Below are positions 58,047-64,000 of a stretch of 64,000 bases of DNA, in pieces. A program made the position numbers and the translations under genes. The notes beneath the pieces are model-generated. The model did not search any database and was not told the DNA's origin. It saw only the letters and a program-made list of their open reading frames with translations. Within the stretch, counting starts at the first letter, position 1. Every line of letters starts with the position of its first letter. Source of the stretch: an uncultured Chlamydiae bacterium (GTDB lineage Bacteria; Chlamydiota; Chlamydiia; Chlamydiales; JAJFMB01); NCBI GenBank assembly GCA_963696295.1, contig CAVOJR010000001.1, forward strand, positions 3,136,001 through 3,200,000. Reading direction: 5' to 3'.

Positions 58047-59035
58047 TAGACAAATCCTTTGCGCACCAGCAGTTCGCCGGTAAGCAGGGCGCCGCCGGCG
58101 GCTCCGCGGATCGCATTATGGGAGAGGAGCGTGAATTTGTTATGGAGCAAGGGGCAGGGGCGGAGGCGCCCGAGGCTGACAGCCATCCCGTTGTCTAAAA
58201 GGCGGTGTTTTTTCGGCTGGGGAAAGTCCGTTTCAGCGAAGTAGCGAAGGGGGTGTTCTATGCCGGTGGGCAGATAGGGTTTGCACAAGGGAGACTTAAA
58301 ATTCTTCCAGGCAGCGAGGATCTCCTCTTCGGAAGGGCGGTTTTTAAATTGGATGGAGACTGAAGCAGTGTGGCCGTCGCTGACGGGGACGCGGTTGCAT
58401 TGGGCGCTGATGGTGATCTCATCCAAGCCCAAAATCTTTTTGGGTTCGTTTTCCAGCTTCTCCTCCTCATCCTGGATGTAGGGGATGATGTTGTCCTCGA
58501 TATCCAGCTCTTTCGCCGATCGGCCGGCGCCGGAAATGGCCTGCATCGTGACGACATTCACCGCAACGACGCCAAAGAGATCGACTAAGGGTTTCAGGGC
58601 GAGGGTCAAGCCGACCGCGGAGCAGTTCGGCACTGTGACGATCTTGCCTTTCGTCTCCTGGGCATGCAGCCACTCCAGATGCGATTCGTTCACTTCGGGG
58701 ATCATCAAGGGAATATTCTTTTCCATGCGATGGGATCTCGCGTTGGAGACAATCACATAGCCGGCCTTCGCCAGGGTCTCCTCAACCTCTTTCGCGACCG
58801 GATGGTCGAGCGCGGAGAAGAGCAGCCGGCAGGGCAGTTTTTCCGTGTGGCCGGAGATAATAAGCCCTGTGTCGCCAAAAGGCTTTCCTTGCGACTGCTC
58901 AGAAGCTGTCACAGCCGTAAGCTCGAACCAGGGGTGGGTTTTTAGCAGGCGGGCCAGCGATTGGCCCACAATGCCGGTCGCGCCCAAAATCCCAACCGGG
59001 ATTTTGTCGCGAAAAAATAGATCACTTCCGAGCAT
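58040..59035 (-). CDS. asd: Aspartate-semialdehyde dehydrogenase
   Basis: GATGIVG, PNCS, QAISGAG, CNRVPV.DGH and HN.IRGAAG motifs. Confidence 0.92.
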   Translation of the reverse strand: MLGSDLFFRDKIPVGILGATGIVGQSLARLLKTHPWFELTAVTASEQSQGKPFGDTGLIISGHTEKLPCRLLFSALDHPVAKEVEETLAKAGYVIVSNARSHRMEKNIPLMIPEVNESHLEWLHAQETKGKIVTVPNCSAVGLTLALKPLVDLFGVVAVNVVTMQAISGAGRSAKELDIEDNIIPYIQDEEEKLENEPKKILGLDEITISAQCNRVPVSDGHTASVSIQFKNRPSEEEILAAWKNFKSPLCKPYLPTGIEHPLRYFAETDFPQPKKHRLLDNGMAVSLGRLRPCPLLHNKFTLLSHNAIRGAAGGALLTGELLVRKGFVYW

Positions 59036-60509
59036 GTTCTTCCAGATAGGACAGCATCAGGCGGACGCAAATCCCCGAAGAGTGCTGCGGATAGTAGCGC
59101 TTCGGTTTATCGCACCAGGCTGTGCCGGCTATGTCGAAATGGGCCCAGGGCACATTGTCGACAAACTCCTCCAGAAACTTCGCCGCCGTAATCGAACCTC
59201 CGGGGCGCCCGCCGATATTTTTGATATCGGCAATTTCCGACTTGAGCTGGTCGCGGTACTCGGCAAACATAGGCAGCGGATGGACCCGCTCGAAGGTGTC
59301 GTTGCCGGCGTGGATCAGGCTTTCCTGAAGTTCTTTATTGTTGCTCATCAGCCCGACCGCTTCGTTGCCGAGAGCGACTTCAATAGCCCCGGTCAGCGTC
59401 GCAAAATCGATGATGCGGCTCGGCTTCAGATTTTTTACCGTATAGGCCAGGGCGTCGGCTAAAATCAGGCGTCCCTCAGCGTCGGTATTCCCTATCTCCA
59501 CCGTTTTGCCGTCGAGGCACCGGTAGACATCGCCCGGCTTATAACTCGTCGAGCTGACGCTGTTTTCTGTTGAAGGGATCACCACCGTCAGGTTGAGCTT
59601 GAGGCCCAAAGTGGCTACGGCATACAAAATCCCCAATGCGGTGCCGGCGCCGGCCATATCGTACTTCATTGACTCCATGGAGCCGGTCGGCTTGATATTG
59701 AGGCCGCCGGTGTCATAAGTCACCCCTTTGCCTACCAATACGGTATGGTCTTTGGAGCCCGGCTTGCCCGAATATTCGGCGATAATAAACGCGGGATCTA
59801 CGGAAGAGCCGCGGCTCACCGCTAAAAGAAGGCCCATTTTTTCCTGTTCGATCCGTTTTTTATCAAATACCGTCGTCTTGATGGTGCTGAACTCTTTGGC
59901 GAGCGATTTGGCGACTTCCCCCAAGTGCTGCGGGGTGACATCGTCGGCGTTGCCGTTGACCAGGTCGCGCGTCAGATAGACCCCTTTGCAGATGCTCAGG
60001 GCTTTTTTGGCGACTTTAAGCGCCTCTTTAGAAGCGTCGACAAAATTGACATGAGTCAGCAGATGGGGGCCATGCTCTTTCAGAGAGTGGCTTCGCAGTT
60101 TGTCAAAAGCGTAGTTGAGAAGAAGGATGCCCTCGGAAACTCCCCTGACCACCTGTTCCTCATCTAAAGCTTTTGGCAAGAGGATGTTGATATCTTTCAG
60201 GTGGTATTTTTGACAGTACTTAACGATGTGGGCATAGGCGCGGCGCAAATTTTCCACCGTGCACTTTTTCTCTTCCCCTAAGCCAAGCAGCGCCATGCGC
60301 TTTTCGGGCTGTCCGGACATGTAAACGACATTTACTTCCCCTTCTTTCCCTTTAAAATCGTGCAACTTGACGGGATCATCGGCAAAAGAGGCGAGCTTTC
60401 CAAGTTCTTTGCAAGCCAGCTCCGCACCTTTTTTTCCCTGCCAAAACGGCACGACCAATAGATCATTTTTTTTCCGTTGCGATAAGCCTGTTACGGCGCC
60501 AAAAATCAT
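59022..60509 (-). CDS. pepA: Leucyl aminopeptidase
   Basis: GKGVTYDTGG, MKYDMAG, NTDAEGRL and ATLTGA motifs. Confidence 0.96.
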   Translation of the reverse strand: MIFGAVTGLSQRKKNDLLVVPFWQGKKGAELACKELGKLASFADDPVKLHDFKGKEGEVNVVYMSGQPEKRMALLGLGEEKKCTVENLRRAYAHIVKYCQKYHLKDINILLPKALDEEQVVRGVSEGILLLNYAFDKLRSHSLKEHGPHLLTHVNFVDASKEALKVAKKALSICKGVYLTRDLVNGNADDVTPQHLGEVAKSLAKEFSTIKTTVFDKKRIEQEKMGLLLAVSRGSSVDPAFIIAEYSGKPGSKDHTVLVGKGVTYDTGGLNIKPTGSMESMKYDMAGAGTALGILYAVATLGLKLNLTVVIPSTENSVSSTSYKPGDVYRCLDGKTVEIGNTDAEGRLILADALAYTVKNLKPSRIIDFATLTGAIEVALGNEAVGLMSNNKELQESLIHAGNDTFERVHPLPMFAEYRDQLKSEIADIKNIGGRPGGSITAAKFLEEFVDNVPWAHFDIAGTAWCDKPKRYYPQHSSGICVRLMLSYLEEHARK

Positions 60510-60518
60510 TTTGTCTCC

Positions 60519-60968
60519 CTAAAATGGAATGGGTTCATCTTCGAAATCTTCAGAAACGCCGGCATAGGAGGGCCTTGTTTCGGAGAGATTCGTTTCGCCA
60601 AAATTGCCGGCTTCTGCAGGAGATGCCGCTTGATCCGAGCGTCCGGTTCCGGTTCCGGTGCCGAAGGGTGAGAAGTGGATCGACTCGGCGGTCATTTCGA
60701 GCGAAATTTGCGAGGCTCCGTCGCGGCTTGTGTAAATCTCGGGCTTGTTCATCGCTCCCATCACAATGACAGCGCTGCCTTTCTTCAAATAGGGCATCAT
60801 TTTATCAAAGCGGTCGCCCCAAACGGTGACGCGCCACCACATCGTATCATCCTTGCCCCCTTTGCGCACATTGCAGGCAACGCGGAAGGATGTGACTTTT
60901 TGCCCGTTGGAAGTGAATCTGGTCTCAGGGTCTGCGCCTAAGCGTCCGAAAATTTGTAAAAAATTCAT
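60519..60968 (-). CDS. ssb: Single-stranded DNA-binding protein
   Basis: GRLGADPE N-terminus and acidic DEPIPF tail. Confidence 0.95.
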   Translation of the reverse strand: MNFLQIFGRLGADPETRFTSNGQKVTSFRVACNVRKGGKDDTMWWRVTVWGDRFDKMMPYLKKGSAVIVMGAMNKPEIYTSRDGASQISLEMTAESIHFSPFGTGTGTGRSDQAASPAEAGNFGETNLSETRPSYAGVSEDFEDEPIPF

Positions 60969-61000
60969 TTCTACCTCACCTTTTCGATTGTAAACAAAGG

Positions 61001-61639
61001 TTGCATCTTATTAGAGTAGACGACAAAAGGCAAGAGAAAACCGTGCACCTTCAAGAAATGATAGAAAAGCTGCAGCGCCTCGAAGCGGCCAAAAGCCGCG
61101 CCGTGTCTCTTTACAGGGAGCGGGAAGAAATAGAGCACCTCAAAGCTTTGACGCAGAAGATGAGGGAGATCGACGCCCTTCTCGATGAGTATGAAGCTCA
61201 GGAAGACCCTCTGAAATTCCGGGAAGAAATCATTCAGCAGATTCTTACCCACTATCCCGGGCAAAAGGAAGAATATCTCCACTTGGAACGGGAACGGGCT
61301 CTCGCCGCCGAAAGAGAGCAGGAAGCGCTTTCCATGAAGCAGCGGCTCGCACCTCTGGCTTACCATCTCGATCAGATCGCCGCTATCAGAGAACGGAAAG
61401 GTTTCCTGAGATACATTTTCGGCCCCCGCCCCAACGCGACCATCGCGCTCCATACGCATCTTTTCAAGGAAGAGCTGGCAAAAAACCCAGAGCTCAAAGA
61501 CATAAAAATCGAGGATGCCAAACAAAAAATTGATGCATACGATCAGTACTTAACCGTGCAGCATATTAATCAGAGGAAGCTAAGAGAGGAATTGGAAAAC
61601 AGAATAAATAAATGGATGCAAGAAGTAAATACTCGCTGA
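61001..61639 (+). CDS. Coiled-coil hypothetical protein (start uncertain)
   Basis: 212-aa ORF ending in a hairpin. Confidence 0.6.
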   Translation: MHLIRVDDKRQEKTVHLQEMIEKLQRLEAAKSRAVSLYREREEIEHLKALTQKMREIDALLDEYEAQEDPLKFREEIIQQILTHYPGQKEEYLHLERERALAAEREQEALSMKQRLAPLAYHLDQIAAIRERKGFLRYIFGPRPNATIALHTHLFKEELAKNPELKDIKIEDAKQKIDAYDQYLTVQHINQRKLREELENRINKWMQEVNTR

Positions 61640-61656
61640 AGCAAGTATTTACTTCT
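61621..61656. terminator. Bidirectional hairpin between convergent genes
   Basis: AGAAGTAAATACT...AGTATTTACTTCT. Confidence 0.65.
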
Positions 61657-61666
61657 CTGAAAGGAA

Positions 61667-62167
61667 TTAAATTTTGATATAGCCTTCGCCGCCTTTTCCG
61701 CCTGGTTTTCCAGTTGGGGGCTTGAACTCTTCTTTAGCGGATTCATCTCTTCCCTCGGAGACTTCGGAGCAGATTTTACGCCATTTTTCTACAGTTTCTA
61801 CGTAGAGAGGGGCAAAAGCGCGCAATGCTGAAGAGACTGCATGCTCCATATCGATCGTGCAGTGCATCAAAATCAGCTCTTCTTTGACTGCAACGCCTAC
61901 GCCGCCGCCGGCCATTTGGCCGCCGAGCATGGAGCCTTCGAGCAAACGCTCGTACAAGCGAAGACGCGTTTTGTCATCGCGTGGCAATCCGTCCAATAAA
62001 GGAGAGTAAAGATAAAGTCTTTTAGAGTTGGGCTCATACGTTAAATGAAGAGAGAATTCATCGTCGATTCCCAAAATACACGTGTTGTTTTCATCAAACT
62101 CAAGTCCCTCAAGACCAAGTTCTTTACCGAACTCTTTGAGGTTTGCTTTAGCATTTTCTAGTGACAT
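61667..62167 (-). CDS. slc1: Type III secretion effector chaperone (CT043 homolog)
   Basis: FDENNTCIL...FSLHLTYE...LLEGSMLGGQMAGGGVGVA; next to ssb and pepA as in Chlamydia. Confidence 0.92.
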   Translation of the reverse strand: MSLENAKANLKEFGKELGLEGLEFDENNTCILGIDDEFSLHLTYEPNSKRLYLYSPLLDGLPRDDKTRLRLYERLLEGSMLGGQMAGGGVGVAVKEELILMHCTIDMEHAVSSALRAFAPLYVETVEKWRKICSEVSEGRDESAKEEFKPPTGKPGGKGGEGYIKI

Positions 62168-62300
62168 AGATTAACTCCTGAAATTTTTTCACTATGGCCG
62201 TTTTCACAGCCTTTATGTTATAAAAGCTACTTATATAACCTTTAGCAATAGAATGCAACAGGTAGCTTTAAAAGTAAACAAAATTTACCCCGGCTTGACT

Positions 62301-62861
62301 ATGAACTGGCGATTTTTCCTCATTTTTTCCCTCTTTTTCCCAATTTTTGCTTATGGAACCGTCCGAAATTTTCATGCTATCGAGCCTGGCCAGGCCTACC
62401 GGTCGGCGCAGCCCTCGGCCCAGGATTTGCCCATCCTCATCGAAAAATATCAAATAAAGACAATTATCAACCTGCGGGGCGAGACTCCGGCCGACTGGTG
62501 GGTAAAAGAGCGGGACATATGCAGCAAGCATAAAGTAAAGCTCATTAACATCCCCTTTAGTGCGAGCCGGCTGCCCGATCCCGCGGCGCTTTTGCAGCTT
62601 TACGACGCATTTTTTGAAGAGCATCCCGTGCTCATCCATTGCGAAGGAGGAGCGAACCGCACCGGCGCCGCCTCTGCGCTCTGGCGCATGACCGTGCTTG
62701 GGGAGGAAAGGGCAAAGGCGGCCGGTCAGCTATCGGAGAAGTATTTCCACTTCAAGAGATTATATCCCATGATGGATAAATTAGTGGAGATCTACGAGCC
62801 TGACCGGGAGTGGGTATTGCATGAATACCCTATTCACTGTCCTTCCACTCTTCCAGCATGA
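62301..62861 (+). CDS. Exported dual-specificity/tyrosine phosphatase-like protein
   Basis: Signal peptide; YRSAQP, INLRG and HCEGGANRTG motifs. Confidence 0.85.
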   Translation: MNWRFFLIFSLFFPIFAYGTVRNFHAIEPGQAYRSAQPSAQDLPILIEKYQIKTIINLRGETPADWWVKERDICSKHKVKLINIPFSASRLPDPAALLQLYDAFFEEHPVLIHCEGGANRTGAASALWRMTVLGEERAKAAGQLSEKYFHFKRLYPMMDKLVEIYEPDREWVLHEYPIHCPSTLPA

Positions 62862-64000
62862 CGCCTAAAATTTCACCAAGATCGTCAAGGTGTCCAGTGC
62901 CGCCCACATTGTCATCAGACACTTCAGGCAGCTTATGGTGCGAGGAGAAGTGATGGCTCTTTTTCTCATGGATGCTTGGCTGAGGAGTTCTGACAATTTC
63001 GCGGGTTTCCTCGTCCTCATCCTTTACGTGCGTACTCTTGCGGCTGGCGGCTTTAGTATGTGAGCTGCCGGCAGGGTGGATAGAGCCATTATGCACGCTG
63101 GCATCCTGGAAATCATCATCTTCCGTCTCCTTACCAACTTCACTGGCATCTGCAGGGCTTGAAGACCTCGAACTGTCAGTAGGAGCACCACCATTACCCT
63201 TATCGCCCTTACCGTTTACAGCCCCGGCTGTACTTGAGGAAGAAGAGCTCTCAATGTCAGTAGGAGCACCGCCTTTACCCTCATCGCCCTTACCTTTTGC
63301 AGCAGCAGCTGTACTTGAGAAAGAAGAGCTCTCACTGTCAGTAGGAGCACCGCCTTTACCCTCATCGCCCTTACCTTTTGGAGTAGCACTTACATCATCT
63401 CTTTTTTTAGAGCCTTCCTCGCCCGCAGGATGAATACTCTTATCGCTGGCATCCTGGAAATTATCATCTTCCGTCTCCTTACCACCTTCACTGGTACCTG
63501 CAGAGCTTAAAGGCCTCGAACTGTCAGTAGGAGCACCGCCATTACCCTCATCGCCCTTGCCTTTTGGAGTAGCACTTACATCATCTCTTTTTTTAGAGCC
63601 TTCCTCGCCCGCAGGATGAATACTCTTATCGCTGGCATCCTGGAAATTATCATCTTCCGTCTCCTTACCACCTTCACTGGTACCTGCAGAGCTTAAAGGC
63701 CTCGAACTGTCAGTAGGAGCACCACCATTACCCTCATCGCCCTTGCCTTTTGGAGTAGCACTTACATCATCTCTTTTTTTAGAGCCTTCCGCGCCCTTTG
63801 CAGGATGAATACTCTTATCGCTGGCATCCTGGAAATCATCATCTTCCGTCTCCTTACCAACTTCACTGGCACCTGCAGGGCTTGAAGGCCTCGAACTGTC
63901 AGTAGGGCACCACCATTACCCTTATCGCCCTTACCTTTTGGAGTAGCACTTACATCATCTCTTTTTTTAGAGCCTTCCGCGCCCTTTGCAGGATGAATAC
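62830..64000 (-). CDS. Repeat-rich acidic/Gly/Ser protein (5' end outside window), candidate effector
   Basis: Frame of ORF 62830-63096 stays open upstream through the repeats (GKGDEGNGGAPTDSSR...ETEDDNFQDASD). Confidence 0.8.
63097..64000. repeat. Coding tandem repeats of 186-189 bp with nested 81-bp subunits
   Basis: ATCCTGGAAAT recurs at 63103, 63451, 63637 and 63826. Confidence 0.95.

Noticed and set aside
63038..63433. 131-aa plus-strand ORF
   Set aside because: Antisense shadow of the minus-strand repeat protein.

Overview
64 kb of chromosome from an environmental Chlamydiota (Parachlamydiales-like) bacterium. The assignment rests on Slc1, the CT053 homolog, Pkn1, CPAF-like proteases, a long YidC and the slc1-ssb-pepA...holA-methylase gene order. 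Housekeeping blocks (menF-menD, kbl, yidC-dnaA-ahcY-tRNA-Pro-lgt, sucA-sucB-lpdA, ferredoxin-iscA, hemW, holA, asd-pepA-ssb) alternate with accessory genes, many of them eukaryote-like candidate effectors (RING, PPR, ankyrin, atypical kinase, PP2C, DHCR24-like, repeat proteins). The most unusual signal is non-coding. Two arrays of 68-69 bp units (24.7-25.1 kb and 41.6-42.0 kb) and a 12-bp mini-array after yidC are serial, internally deleted copies of a gene's own 3' end including its stop codon; the two long arrays are each bounded by a 7-bp microhomology. Also present are three families of palindromic/MITE-like elements (one disrupts a FlaR-like gene), two consensus sigma-54 promoters (one ahead of an unannotated 40-aa basic ORF and a nonulosonic-acid operon), and a repeat protein with four FFAT-like motifs. 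No CRISPR, rRNA, intact transposase or reverse transcriptase was seen. All calls are by eye, without database searches.
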